A stretch of 64,000 nt of DNA from Phenylobacterium sp. GTDB taxonomy: Bacteria; Pseudomonadota; Alphaproteobacteria; Caulobacterales; Caulobacteraceae. The position numbers and the translations under genes were made by a program. This document shows positions 35,606 through 45,182 of this stretch, piece after piece (the first letter of the stretch is position 1; each line of letters begins with the position of its first letter). Under the pieces are notes generated by a model. The model was not told the DNA's origin. It did not search any database and saw only the letters and a program-made list of their open reading frames with translations. The stretch covers positions 128,047 through 192,046 of the forward strand of contig NZ_JAYSEO010000008.1 in NCBI RefSeq assembly GCF_041913825.1, written 5' to 3'.

Positions 35606-36064
35606 TCAGTCGCGGCCGAGCCGCTCCGAGAGCTGGCCCAGCACGCGCAGGCAGGCGTCGAGGTCGGCCGGGTTCATGTCGGCGAACAGCTCTTCCTGCA
35701 GGTCGGCGACGATGCCCTGGGCCTGCTCGAGCACCGGGGCGGCGCCCGGCTTGATCCGCACGACCTTGGCGCGACGGTCGCCGTGGTGGGCGCGGCGCTC
35801 GACCCAGTTCTGGGCTTCCAGGGCGTCGATCAGGCGAACCACGGTGGGCTCCTCGACCCCGAGGCGCTGGGAGAGTTCCCGCTGGACGACGCCATCGTGG
35901 GCGCCGGCGATCTCGGCCAGCGCCGCGCAGCGGGCGTCGGTCTGGCCGATGGACTTGAGCCGCTCGTTCAGCCGCGCTCGCCAACGCCGGCCGGCCAGCA
36001 GCAGACCCTGGGCGAGGGCGGCGCGGACGTCGGTGTCAGAGGAGACACGGTGGCTTTGGGACAT
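35606..36064 (-). CDS. MarR family transcriptional regulator
   Basis: 152 aa. Winged-HTH region LSQRLGVEEPTVVRLIDALEAQNWVERRAHHGDRRAK. Confidence 0.85.
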   Translation of the reverse strand: MSQSHRVSSDTDVRAALAQGLLLAGRRWRARLNERLKSIGQTDARCAALAEIAGAHDGVVQRELSQRLGVEEPTVVRLIDALEAQNWVERRAHHGDRRAKVVRIKPGAAPVLEQAQGIVADLQEELFADMNPADLDACLRVLGQLSERLGRD

Positions 36065-36451
36065 CTATCGGCTCCGAAATACAGCCAGACAATCCGTAAT
36101 CTGAATAATGCTTGGCATCGCCAAGCTAAACTGCGTCGCCTATGCTGCAATGCGACAATGTGTCCAAATAGTGTTCACTGCTGACGACCGAGGACTCAAA
36201 CCTACCGCCGACATTAACTCAGGGCGGGATTTCGTTAGAGAATCCAGTGGCAACGCGCATTGATTAGCGCGATAACGTCTCATTACCCACTTTGGGGCCG
36301 AACGTCTTTACTGCCTCTCGGGTAATCATTTTTCAAGACACCCCCGCCAGAAGTGCAAGTAGGCGAATTCTCGAAGTTTATCGCCTACCAGGGGCTGCAT
36401 CGGATGTTTGTCGACAACTTGAGGAATCCGCGCGGGCCGGTCGTCGCAAGA

Positions 36452-36565
36452 ATGCGGGCCGCGGCCGTCACCGCCCTCGGCGGCGCGCTGTTCTGCAGCC
36501 CGACGTCCGGCGACGCGCAGCCCGCCGCCGATACGGCTCCCGACATGGACAAGGAAGAATTCTAA
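36452..36565 (+). CDS. Possible 37-aa small ORF with signal-peptide-like N-terminus
   Basis: MRAAAVTALGGALFCSPTSGDAQPAADTAPDMDKEEF. Very high GC3 compared with the surrounding AT-richer leader, but no convincing RBS. Speculative. Confidence 0.3.
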   Translation: MRAAAVTALGGALFCSPTSGDAQPAADTAPDMDKEEF

Positions 36566-36568
36566 GCC

Positions 36569-36874
36569 ATGGGCACTCCCGAAGACGCCGAACCCGCCAG
36601 CCTAGACCTGGCCCCCGTCCTCGACCTTAAGGCGGCGACCCCGCTGGCCCAGGCGCTGATCGCGCTCCGCGGCCGCGACGTCACCGTCAACGCCTCCGCG
36701 GTGGAGCGGATGGGCGCCCAGTGCTTCCAGGTGCTGCTGTCGGCCCGGAACACCTGGGCGGAGGACGGCGCGAAGTTCGCCGTCACGGAGCCCTCGGACT
36801 CCTTCGTCGAAATCCTCGCGCTGCTCGGCGCGCCCTACCCGACCTACTTCCAACCCGCGGAGCTTGCGGCATGA
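36569..36874 (+). CDS. STAS-domain protein heading the che operon (position of C. crescentus cheX / S. meliloti cheS)
   Basis: 101 aa. LDLAPVLDLKAATPLAQALIALRGRDVTVNASAVERMGAQCFQVLLSA is a STAS/anti-sigma-antagonist-like pattern. AAGGAAGA RBS. Confidence 0.75.
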   Translation: MGTPEDAEPASLDLAPVLDLKAATPLAQALIALRGRDVTVNASAVERMGAQCFQVLLSARNTWAEDGAKFAVTEPSDSFVEILALLGAPYPTYFQPAELAA

Positions 36875-37236
36875 GCCTGACCATCCTTACGGTCGACGAT
36901 TCTCGCACCATGCGCGACATGCTGCGCATGGCGCTGGTGCAGGCGGGCTACACCGTCCTGCAGGCCGAGGACGGCCAGCATGGCCTCGAAGTCCTGGACG
37001 ACGCCCAGCCGGACGTCATCGTCACCGACATCAACATGCCCCGGCTCGACGGCTACGGCTTCATCGAGGGCGTCCGCGCCGACCAGCGGCACCGCACCGT
37101 GCCCATCCTGGTGCTCACCACCGAGAGCGATCCCGAGAAGAAGCAGCGGGCGCGCGACGCCGGCGCGACCGGCTGGATCGTGAAGCCCTTCAACCCGGAA
37201 AAGCTGGTGGACGCGATCCGCCGCGTCGCCGCCTAA
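36871..37236 (+). CDS. cheY: Chemotaxis response regulator CheY
   Basis: ATGA overlap. TVDDS, IVTDINMP and IVKPF motifs. Confidence 0.9.
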   Translation: MSLTILTVDDSRTMRDMLRMALVQAGYTVLQAEDGQHGLEVLDDAQPDVIVTDINMPRLDGYGFIEGVRADQRHRTVPILVLTTESDPEKKQRARDAGATGWIVKPFNPEKLVDAIRRVAA

Positions 37237-37259
37237 GAGGAGTCGGTCGCTTGGACCCG

Positions 37260-39419
37260 ATGGCGGAAATCAAGGCCACCTTCTTCCAGGAGTGCGAGGA
37301 GCAGCTCGCCGAACTGGAGTCCGGCCTGCTGGCGATGGAAGGCGGCGACGACGGTTCCGAGACCGTCAACGCGGTGTTCCGGGCGGTGCACTCGGTGAAG
37401 GGCGGCGCGGGCGCGTTCGGCCTCGACGATCTCGTGCGCTTCGCCCACGTCTTCGAGACCACGCTCGACCAGGTGCGCAGCGAAAAGCTCGCACCCACCC
37501 CCGACCTGCTGAAGGTCATGCTCCGCGCGGCCGACGTGCTGGCCGACCTGGTCCGGGCCGGCCGCGACGGCGGAACCGTCGACCAGGCGCGCTGCGACGA
37601 GCTCGCGGCCGAGCTCAACGCGTTCGCGGGCGGCGAGGCCGATGCGGGCGGCGCCGACGACGACGGCATGGGCGACCTGGACTTCCAGCCCCTGGCCGTC
37701 CCGATCCCCGGCGCGCCCGAGCCGGCCGCCGCCGGCGGCGGCTGGACCGTCCACTTCAAGCCTCGCGCCGACCTCTACGCCAAGGCCAACGAGACCGTCC
37801 TGCTGCTGCGCGAGCTGTCGCGCATCGGCGAGGTCGAGGTCGAACTGGACGCCTCCGCCCTTCCGCTGCTGCCGCACCTCGATCCGGAAGGTTCCTACCT
37901 GTCCTGGACCGTGCGGGTGACGGGCGACGCCACCGAAGGCGCCGTCCGCGAAGTGTTCGAGTGGGTCGACGGCGACTGCGAACTGGACGTGAGGCCTGCC
38001 GGCGCCGAGACGGCGGCGGAAGCCGACCCCACGCCGGCCGCGGCTGCCGGGGACCCCGATCTCGACATCGCCTCGCTCATCGCCAAGGCCCAGGAGGCCT
38101 CTGTCGGGGACCCTAGCCCGGCGCCTGAGCCCACGACTGCGGCCGCTCCGAGCGCGCCCGCCCCGGCGGCCTCCCCCGCCAAGGCGGCGACCAACGCGCC
38201 GGCGGCTGCGGCTCAGGCGGCGCCCACCATCCGCGTCGACCTCGACCGCGTGGACCGCCTCATCGACCTCGTCGGCGAGCTGGTCATCAACCAGGCCATG
38301 CTGTCCCAGCGGGTGACCGAGGCCGGCCTCGCCCGCGCCTCGAGCGTCGCCATGGGCCTCGACGAGCTGGAGCAGCTCACGCGCGAGATCCAGGACAGCG
38401 TGATGGCCATCCGCGCCCAGCCGGTGAAGTCCGTGTTCCAACGGATGCCGCGCCTGGCTCGCGAAGTGGCCAGCGCCACGGGCAAGCAGGTGCGCCTGAT
38501 CACCGAGGGCGAAGGCACCGAGGTCGACAAGACCGTCATCGAACGTCTCGCCGATCCGCTGACGCACATGATCCGCAACGCCATCGACCACGGGCTGGAG
38601 AAGCCCGAGAAGCGTAAGGAGGTCGGCAAGGATCCCGAGGGCCTCGTGCGCCTGTCGGCCCTGCACCGGTCCGGCCGGATCGTCATCGAGGTGGCGGACG
38701 ACGGCGCGGGCATCAACCGCGAGCGCGTCAAGCAGATCGCCATCGACAAGGGCCTGATCGCGGCCGAGGCGCAGCTCACCGACGAGGAGATCGACAACCT
38801 GATCTTCATGCCGGGCTTCTCGACGGCCAGCGAGGTGTCCGACATCTCCGGCCGCGGCGTTGGCATGGACGTGGTCAAGCGCTCCATCCAGGAGCTCGGC
38901 GGCCGTATCTCCATCGCCTCGCGCCCCGGCCAGGGCTCCACCTTCACCATGAGCCTGCCGCTGACCCTGGCGGTGCTGGACGGCATGGTGGTGGGCTCCG
39001 GCGAGCAGACCCTGGTCGCCCCGCTGACCGCCATCGTCGAGACCCTGCAGCCGAAGTCCTCCGAGGTGCACGCCCTGGGCGGCGGCGCCCGGGTGATCTC
39101 CATCCGCGGCGCCTACGTGCCGCTGGTCGACGTCGGCCTTTCCCTCGGCTACCGCACCGAGCCCCTGGACCCGGAGCAGGGCGTCGCCCTGCTCATCGAG
39201 GGCGAGGGCGGCGCGCGCGCCGTTCTGCTGGTGGACGCCATCCAGGGCCAGCGCCAGGTGGTCATCAAGAGCCTGGAAGCCAACTACCGCCGCGTGCCCG
39301 GCATCGCCGCGGCGACCATCCTGGGCGACGGCCGCGTCGCCCTGATCCTCGACATCGACGCCCTGGTCGCCGCCTCGCGCGTGGCCGAGGCGCCGCGCCT
39401 CATGCAAGCAGTTGGATGA
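37260..39419 (+). CDS. cheA: Chemotaxis histidine kinase CheA
   Basis: HPt [13 protein letters not shown]-box [13 protein letters not shown]-box GRGVGMDVV, and a C-terminal CheW-like domain. Confidence 0.92.
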   Translation: MAEIKATFFQECEEQLAELESGLLAMEGGDDGSETVNAVFRAVHSVKGGAGAFGLDDLVRFAHVFETTLDQVRSEKLAPTPDLLKVMLRAADVLADLVRAGRDGGTVDQARCDELAAELNAFAGGEADAGGADDDGMGDLDFQPLAVPIPGAPEPAAAGGGWTVHFKPRADLYAKANETVLLLRELSRIGEVEVELDASALPLLPHLDPEGSYLSWTVRVTGDATEGAVREVFEWVDGDCELDVRPAGAETAAEADPTPAAAAGDPDLDIASLIAKAQEASVGDPSPAPEPTTAAAPSAPAPAASPAKAATNAPAAAAQAAPTIRVDLDRVDRLIDLVGELVINQAMLSQRVTEAGLARASSVAMGLDELEQLTREIQDSVMAIRAQPVKSVFQRMPRLAREVASATGKQVRLITEGEGTEVDKTVIERLADPLTHMIRNAIDHGLEKPEKRKEVGKDPEGLVRLSALHRSGRIVIEVADDGAGINRERVKQIAIDKGLIAAEAQLTDEEIDNLIFMPGFSTASEVSDISGRGVGMDVVKRSIQELGGRISIASRPGQGSTFTMSLPLTLAVLDGMVVGSGEQTLVAPLTAIVETLQPKSSEVHALGGGARVISIRGAYVPLVDVGLSLGYRTEPLDPEQGVALLIEGEGGARAVLLVDAIQGQRQVVIKSLEANYRRVPGIAAATILGDGRVALILDIDALVAASRVAEAPRLMQAVG

Positions 39420-39892
39420 ACCCGATGAGCGAGTCTCCCACCGCCGCCGGCCTGGGCCGTGAGCTGATCTCCTTCCGGATCGGCGCCCAGGAGTTCTGCG
39501 TGGACATCATGTCGGTGCGCGAGATCCGGGGCTGGACCCCGGCCACCGCGCTCCCCCAGGCGCCGCCCTTCGTGCGCGGGGTCATCAACCTGCGCGGCGC
39601 GGTGCTGCCGATCGTCGACCTGGGCGCCCGCCTGGGCCTGGGGGCCGCCGAGCCGACCGCGCGCCACGTGATCATCGTCGCCCAGGTGGAGAAGCAGATC
39701 GTCGGCCTGCTGGTGGACGCGGTCTCCGACATCCTCACCGTCAGCGACGACCAGATCCAGCCGACGCCGGACGTCGCCTCGGAGATGGTCCGCAACTTCG
39801 TCCGCGGCCTGCTCGCCATCGATGGCCGCATGGTGTCGTTCATCTCGCTCGACCGGGTGCTGCCGGAAAGCGAACTCGAAGCGGCGGCATGA
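39416..39892 (+). CDS. cheW: Chemotaxis coupling protein CheW
   Basis: [20 protein letters not shown]...[18 protein letters not shown] overlap with cheA. Confidence 0.9.
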   Translation: MNPMSESPTAAGLGRELISFRIGAQEFCVDIMSVREIRGWTPATALPQAPPFVRGVINLRGAVLPIVDLGARLGLGAAEPTARHVIIVAQVEKQIVGLLVDAVSDILTVSDDQIQPTPDVASEMVRNFVRGLLAIDGRMVSFISLDRVLPESELEAAA

Positions 39893-40776
39893 GCCAGGCC
39901 AACACACAGATGAGTCTCCGCGAAGGCCGCCAAGAACAGATCGTCGACGGCGAGTTCACCTTCACCGCCGACGACTTCCGGCTGATCGCCCAGACGCTGC
40001 ACGCCGCGGCGGGCATCGCCCTGCCCCAGTCCAAGGCCACGCTGGTCTATTCGCGACTGGCCAAGCGGCTGCGCACGCTGGGGCTGGAGAGCTTCCGCGA
40101 CTACTGCGAGCTGGTCTCGGGCAAGGACGGCCTGGACGAGCGCCAGCAGATGATCGTGGCGCTGACCACCAACGTCACGCGCTTCTTCCGGGAGCCGCAC
40201 CACTTCGAGCACCTGAAGACGCAGGTGCTTCCGGGCCTGCTGCCGCAGGTGCGCCGCGGCGGGTCGCTGCGGATCTGGTCGGCGGGGTCGTCGAACGGCC
40301 AGGAGGCCTATTCGATCGCCCTGACCATCCTGTCGCTGATGCCTGACGCGCCGGACCACGACGTCCGCATTCTGGCGAGCGACATCGACACCAAGATGCT
40401 GGCCGAGGGCCGCGCGGGCCTCTACGGCGCCTCGGCCATGGCCCCGGTGCCGGGCGAGATGCGCGCCCGCTGGTTCGAGCGCGAGGGCGACCAGTGGCGG
40501 GCCTCGGAGCCGCTGCGCCGGCTGGTGGTGTTCAACGAGCTGAACCTGATCGGCGACTGGCCGATGAAACGCCAGTTCCAGGCGGTCTTCTGCCGCAACG
40601 TGCTGATCTACTTCGAGGAATCCACGCAGGAAAAGATCTTCAGCCGGTTCGTGCCGCTGATGGCGCCGAACGCGGCGCTCTACATCGGACACTCCGAGCG
40701 GGTCTGCGGCCCCGACGCACACCGGTTCGTCACCGACGGGGTCACCACCTACCGGTTCAGCGGAGGCGCCCGATGA
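39889..40776 (+). CDS. cheR: Chemotaxis protein methyltransferase CheR
   Basis: [16 protein letters not shown] and [16 protein letters not shown] motifs. ATGA overlap. Confidence 0.9.
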   Translation: MSQANTQMSLREGRQEQIVDGEFTFTADDFRLIAQTLHAAAGIALPQSKATLVYSRLAKRLRTLGLESFRDYCELVSGKDGLDERQQMIVALTTNVTRFFREPHHFEHLKTQVLPGLLPQVRRGGSLRIWSAGSSNGQEAYSIALTILSLMPDAPDHDVRILASDIDTKMLAEGRAGLYGASAMAPVPGEMRARWFEREGDQWRASEPLRRLVVFNELNLIGDWPMKRQFQAVFCRNVLIYFEESTQEKIFSRFVPLMAPNAALYIGHSERVCGPDAHRFVTDGVTTYRFSGGAR

Positions 40777-41801
40777 TCCGGGTCCTCATCGTCGACGACA
40801 GCGCCACCATGCGCAGCCTGATCGCGGCCACCCTGCGCCGCGATCCCGAGATCGAGGTGGTCGGCCAGGCCGGCGACCCGCTCGAGGCGCGCGAGGCGAT
40901 CAAGGCGCTGAACCCCGACGTCATCACCCTCGACGTCGAGATGCCGAACATGAACGGCCTCGACTTCCTCGAGAAGATCATGCGCCTGCGGCCGATGCCG
41001 GTGGTGATGGTCTCCACCCTCACCGTCCGCGGCGCCGAGGCGACACTCGAGGCCCTGTCTCTTGGCGCCATCGACTGCGTGGCCAAGCCGTCCACGGGCG
41101 GCGCCGACTCGTTCGACGACCTCGCGGCCAAGGTGAAGGCGGCGGCCCGGGCGCGCGTGCGCCCCACGCCGACCCCCGCGGCCACCGCCAAGCCGCCCGA
41201 GCGGCTGGAGCACGCGCCCGACGGGCGGGTGATCGCCATCGGCTCGTCCACGGGCGGCGTCGAGGCGCTGATCACCATCCTGACCCGCTTCCCGGCGAAC
41301 TGCCCGCCGACGGTGATCACCCAGCACATGCCGGGCACCTTCACCAAGAGCTTCGCCGAACGCCTGGACCGGCTCTGCGCGCCGCAATGCGAGGAGGCCC
41401 GCGACGGCGCCCCGCTGGAGAGCGGCCGCATCTACCTGGCGCCCGGCGGCGACCACCACCTGGAGGTCACCGAAGGCAACCGTTGCCGGGTGCAGCCCGG
41501 AGAGCGCGTGAACGGCCACCGTCCGTCGGTGGACGTGCTCTTCAACTCCATGGCCCGCGTCTACGGACGCAAGGGTGTCGGGGTGATCCTTACCGGCATG
41601 GGCCGCGACGGCGCCCAGGGCCTGCTCGCCATGCGCCAGGCCGGCGCCCGCACGCTCGGCCAGGACGAGGCCACCTCGGTGGTCTACGGCATGCCCAAGG
41701 CCGCCTTCGACATCGGTGCCGTCGAGCGCCAGGCGCCGCTCGACCGTCTCGCCGCCGAGATGCTGAAAGCGCCCGCGACCTCCGCAAGCGAGAGAACCTG
41801 A
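40773..41801 (+). CDS. cheB: Chemotaxis methylesterase/deamidase CheB
   Basis: Receiver domain (VDDS, LDVEMP) plus an esterase domain (IGSSTGG, HMP, GMGRDGA). ATGA overlap. Confidence 0.9.
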   Translation: MIRVLIVDDSATMRSLIAATLRRDPEIEVVGQAGDPLEAREAIKALNPDVITLDVEMPNMNGLDFLEKIMRLRPMPVVMVSTLTVRGAEATLEALSLGAIDCVAKPSTGGADSFDDLAAKVKAAARARVRPTPTPAATAKPPERLEHAPDGRVIAIGSSTGGVEALITILTRFPANCPPTVITQHMPGTFTKSFAERLDRLCAPQCEEARDGAPLESGRIYLAPGGDHHLEVTEGNRCRVQPGERVNGHRPSVDVLFNSMARVYGRKGVGVILTGMGRDGAQGLLAMRQAGARTLGQDEATSVVYGMPKAAFDIGAVERQAPLDRLAAEMLKAPATSASERT

Positions 41802-42190
41802 TGCCCGCCGCGTCCTCCATCAAGGTCGTCATCGTCGATGATCAGCAAACCATGCGCTCCCTGGTCCGCAACGGCCTGGAGCAGCTCGGCTTCCGCCACT
41901 TCGCCGAGGCCGGCGACGGCGAGGCGGGCCTGCGCGCGGTGCTCACCGAGTCCCCGAACCTGGTGATCTCCGACTTCAACATGCCCAAGCTCGACGGCCT
42001 TGGCCTGCTGCGCGCTATCCGCAGCCACGAGCCGATCCGCAGCACCGCCTTCATCATGCTCACCGGCCGGGCCGACAAGGAGCTGGTGCAGCGCGCCGTG
42101 CAGTTCGGGGTCAACAACTACCTGGTGAAGCCCTTCACCGTCGCGACGCTGAAGGGGAAGATCGAGGCGGTCTTCGGTCCCCTGACATGA
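41801..42190 (+). CDS. cheY: Chemotaxis response regulator CheY (second copy)
   Basis: VVIVDDQ, ISDFNMP and LVKPF motifs. The ATG shares 1 nt with the cheB TGA. Confidence 0.9.
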   Translation: MPAASSIKVVIVDDQQTMRSLVRNGLEQLGFRHFAEAGDGEAGLRAVLTESPNLVISDFNMPKLDGLGLLRAIRSHEPIRSTAFIMLTGRADKELVQRAVQFGVNNYLVKPFTVATLKGKIEAVFGPLT

Positions 42191-42753
42191 GCGCAGTGGG
42201 CGGAGCCCGATACGCCGACCTGGCGAAGCGGCCAATCCACGTCGTCCAGGGCGAGCACGTGGTGACGGACGATCCCGACGCCGTGCTGACGACCATACTC
42301 GGCAGTTGCGTCTCGGCCTGCATGCGCGACCCCGTGGCGGGGATCGGCGGGATGAACCACTTCCTGCTCCCCGGCGGCCCGAAGGCCGAGGAGGGCGACC
42401 CGGAGTCCGTCCGCTACGGCGTCCACGCCATGGAGCTCCTGGTCAACGCCCTGCTCGCCCGCGGCGCGCGGCGCGACCGCCTCGAGGTCAAGCTGTTCGG
42501 CGGCGGCCGACTGGTGAAGGGTCTGACCGACGTCGGCGCCTCCAACGCCAAGTTCGCCGAGGAGTTCGTGGCGCGCGAGAAGCTGAAGCTCGTCGGCGGC
42601 TCGCTGCGCGGCGATTCCGGCCGCCGCATCCAGTATTGGCCGGTCAGCGGCCGCGCCCGGCAGGTGCTGCTCGGCGACCGTGCGGCCTTCGAGGCCGAAA
42701 CCGTCGCCCCGCCCGCGCCGGCGCCCCAGACCGGGGCCTTGGAGCTGTTCTGA
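42187..42753 (+). CDS. cheD: Chemoreceptor glutamine deamidase CheD
   Basis: LTTILGSCVSACMRD, GGMNHFLLP and VKLFGGG motifs. ATGA overlap. Confidence 0.88.
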   Translation: MSAVGGARYADLAKRPIHVVQGEHVVTDDPDAVLTTILGSCVSACMRDPVAGIGGMNHFLLPGGPKAEEGDPESVRYGVHAMELLVNALLARGARRDRLEVKLFGGGRLVKGLTDVGASNAKFAEEFVAREKLKLVGGSLRGDSGRRIQYWPVSGRARQVLLGDRAAFEAETVAPPAPAPQTGALELF

Positions 42754-43085
42754 TGCCCGACACCACCCAGCCGCTCGAGGCGGTGCTCACCGCCTGCGCC
42801 GCCGAGCTCGAGGAGCTTTCCGGCCGCTGCGAGGCCCTGCAGGCGGCGCTGTCGCGCGCCCTGTCGCAGGGCGCGGCCGACGCGCAGGCGCTCGACCTGA
42901 TCACCCAACGCACGGCTGGACTGGCCGACTTCCTGGAGAACGTCGCCGGCGCGCTGCCCGCGGACTGGCGCGTCGACGCCGACGCGGCGGCCCGCAAGCT
43001 CACCCTTGGCGACCTCGCCGCCGCCCTGACCGGCCGCGCGCGCACCGCCGCGGACCCGGGCGAGCTGGACTTCTTCGGGACCTGA
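42753..43085 (+). CDS. Small hypothetical che-operon protein (position of C. crescentus cheU / S. meliloti cheT)
   Basis: 110 aa, helical and Ala-rich. The ATG shares 1 nt with the cheD TGA. Assigned by position only. Confidence 0.55.
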   Translation: MPDTTQPLEAVLTACAAELEELSGRCEALQAALSRALSQGAADAQALDLITQRTAGLADFLENVAGALPADWRVDADAAARKLTLGDLAAALTGRARTAADPGELDFFGT

Positions 43086-43088
43086 ACC

Positions 43089-43676
43089 GTGGCCGAGCCG
43101 CGCCTCAACCTCGGCAAGGCCACGGTGCTGCTCCTGCAGGCGAGCGGCACCGAGCTCGATATCCTGGGCCAGATGTTCATCGGCTTCGGCGTGAAGGGCA
43201 TCCGCAAGTGCACCACCGTCGAGGACGCCGAGAGCGTGGTGGCGAGCGCCGCCTTCGACCTGCTGGTGGTCGACTGCGACCTGCCCGACGGCGGCGGCTA
43301 CGACTTCGTCACCCGGCTGCGGCGCCTGGAGGACAATCCCAACCGCCTGGCGCCGATCATGCTGATCTGCGGGCACACCGCGCCCAGCAACGTCGTCCGG
43401 GGCCGCGACTGCGGCGGCAACTTCGTGGTGGCCAAGCCGCTCACCCCGCCCGTGATGTACGACCGGCTGATGTGGCTCGCGAAGGAGCAGCGCCAGTTCG
43501 TCGAGGCGGAGGGCTACGTCGGCCCGGACCGCCGCCACAAAGCCTTCGGCCCGCCGGCCGGGGAGAAGGGTCGCCGGCACGACGACCTGGGCACGGAGGT
43601 GGGCCTGCCCATCGGGCCCGATCTCGGCCAGGACGAGATCGACATGTTGATGAATCCCAGGAGAGCCGTGGCGTGA
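43089..43676 (+). CDS. Atypical CheY-like receiver with Arg-rich C-terminal extension (position of C. crescentus cheYIII)
   Basis: The receiver fold keeps the Asp (LLVVDCDLPDG) and the Lys (VVAKPL). The N-terminal acidic pair is replaced (LLLQASG). The ~65-aa tail contains GPDRRHKAFGPPAGEKGRRHDD. GTG start. Confidence 0.7.
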   Translation: MAEPRLNLGKATVLLLQASGTELDILGQMFIGFGVKGIRKCTTVEDAESVVASAAFDLLVVDCDLPDGGGYDFVTRLRRLEDNPNRLAPIMLICGHTAPSNVVRGRDCGGNFVVAKPLTPPVMYDRLMWLAKEQRQFVEAEGYVGPDRRHKAFGPPAGEKGRRHDDLGTEVGLPIGPDLGQDEIDMLMNPRRAVA

Positions 43677-44131
43677 AACCGGCCAACATTTTCAAGTACG
43701 AGAACCGGCTGGCGAAGACCGTGGTCAAGAAGGGCGGCCTGTCTGCGGAGCAGGCGATTGCCGCCGCCGAGGAGCGCGTGGAAGAGGTCCGCCAGCCGAC
43801 GCTGGACGACATCGACCGCGCCATGGCCGAGATCCTCGCCCTTGGCGAGGGGCTGCGCGAGCCCGAGCCCCGCGCCCTGCAGCGGATGTACGTGGAAGCC
43901 AACCGGATCGTCGCCGTGGCCGGCGTGTTCGGCCTGGGCCAGCTTGGCGAGGCCGCCTATAGCCTTTGCGAGCTGATCAGCCGCTTCCAGGCGGGCGGCC
44001 GATACAGCCGGCCGATGATCGAGGTGCATCTGGACGGCCTCAAGCTCCTGCGCCAGCCCGAATCCCACGCGGAAGCGCACCGCGCCCAGGTGCTCACCGG
44101 CCTGCGCCAGGTCGCGGCGAGCGTGGCCTGA
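43673..44131 (+). CDS. Small hypothetical che-operon protein (position of C. crescentus cheE)
   Basis: GTG 43673 (GTGA overlap). 152 aa, helical. Assigned by position only. Confidence 0.55.
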   Translation: MKPANIFKYENRLAKTVVKKGGLSAEQAIAAAEERVEEVRQPTLDDIDRAMAEILALGEGLREPEPRALQRMYVEANRIVAVAGVFGLGQLGEAAYSLCELISRFQAGGRYSRPMIEVHLDGLKLLRQPESHAEAHRAQVLTGLRQVAASVA

Positions 44132-44199
44132 GGTTCCCGACCGGACAGTTGCTTTCGCGCGCGAGGTGAGGGCTGCTAAAGGCTGGCATCCCGGGCGAG

Positions 44200-45174
44200 A
44201 TGACGGAAGCGAGCTTGCAAGTTTCAGGCTATCAGACTCGTCGCGGCGGCCTCCGGCGTGGGGACGTCCACGAACTGGATCTTCGACTGGACGCCGAAGC
44301 TGGCCGCGATACGCCTGCGGCTTATCTCAAGCCTGGGGTACTTTCTGCGGGCGGCGTCGCGGTGGCTGGCCACGAGGGTTACCTGTTCATTGCCGATGGC
44401 TCTAATCGCTGGGAGACACAGTTCTCGCATGAAAGGCCGGCACCAGAGGCTTGGATCTCGTCGTGGCGATCGCTCCTGGCGCAGCGCCAGATAAACGCGG
44501 CAAGGCAGGAGACGCGGCTCTGGAATCTCATCATTCCGGAGAAACAGGTCATCTACCCGGAGAAGCGTTGGCCCACCGGTGGCCCGGACGGGGCCTCGCG
44601 GCCAGTACGGCAGTTGCTTGCCACCATCACCCCAGAGGACCGCCTCATTTATCCAGAACAGGAGTTGCTCGACTGCAAATCTCTTGCGCCGGTCTTCTCG
44701 CGGCGCAATTCCCACTGGACCGCCTCGGGCGCGATAGCCGCTCTGGAGGCGGTCCTCAGGCGTGCCTTGCCGGGCATGGCACTGGATGACCTAGCCTTCT
44801 CAGTGGAGCGGGTAATCACGTCGCACGATCTGCCGGTGCACTTCTTCGACCCAGCGCCGCTCGAGCCCGCGCTCACGCTGGTTCCCGCCGGCGTGATGAC
44901 CGAGGATAATCGCCTGTACGAACTCACACGACGGCATGTCGGGAGCCGCTACGTACTGGAGAATGCGCGTGCCCCTCACCCAGGTCATGCGCTCATCTTT
45001 GGGGACAGCTTCGCCTTCGATGCGGGATTCTCACCCGCGCTCTCATCCGTGTTCCAGAAGGTCACCTTCACGTGGTCAAAGGATGTCCAGTGGGACACTG
45101 TCGCTGCGCAGCGTCCGGCGCTGGTGCTTTGGGAGAGCGCCGAGCGGTTCATCCTGACGCACCCGTCCGCCTGA
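44200..45174 (+). CDS. AlgJ/AlgX-like (SGNH-like) O-acyltransferase family candidate, no signal peptide seen
   Basis: GHEGYLFIADGSN, NLIIPEKQVIYPEKRWP, NSHWTASGA and IFGDSFA resemble the AlgJ/AlgX motif order. The N-terminus is not hydrophobic. Confidence 0.5.
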   Translation: MTEASLQVSGYQTRRGGLRRGDVHELDLRLDAEAGRDTPAAYLKPGVLSAGGVAVAGHEGYLFIADGSNRWETQFSHERPAPEAWISSWRSLLAQRQINAARQETRLWNLIIPEKQVIYPEKRWPTGGPDGASRPVRQLLATITPEDRLIYPEQELLDCKSLAPVFSRRNSHWTASGAIAALEAVLRRALPGMALDDLAFSVERVITSHDLPVHFFDPAPLEPALTLVPAGVMTEDNRLYELTRRHVGSRYVLENARAPHPGHALIFGDSFAFDAGFSPALSSVFQKVTFTWSKDVQWDTVAAQRPALVLWESAERFILTHPSA

Positions 45175-45182
45175 GGCCTATC

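Noticed and set aside
36248-36263. Sigma-54-like element TGGCAACGCGCATTGA upstream of the che operon
   Set aside because: The spacing is off by one, and the -12 GC is replaced (TTGA instead of TTGC). A single weak match in a 500-bp region is not support.
36292-36630. 112-aa ORF spanning the che leader and the STAS gene start
   Set aside because: Its tail is Arg-rich and low-complexity, and it overlaps the well-supported STAS gene in another frame.
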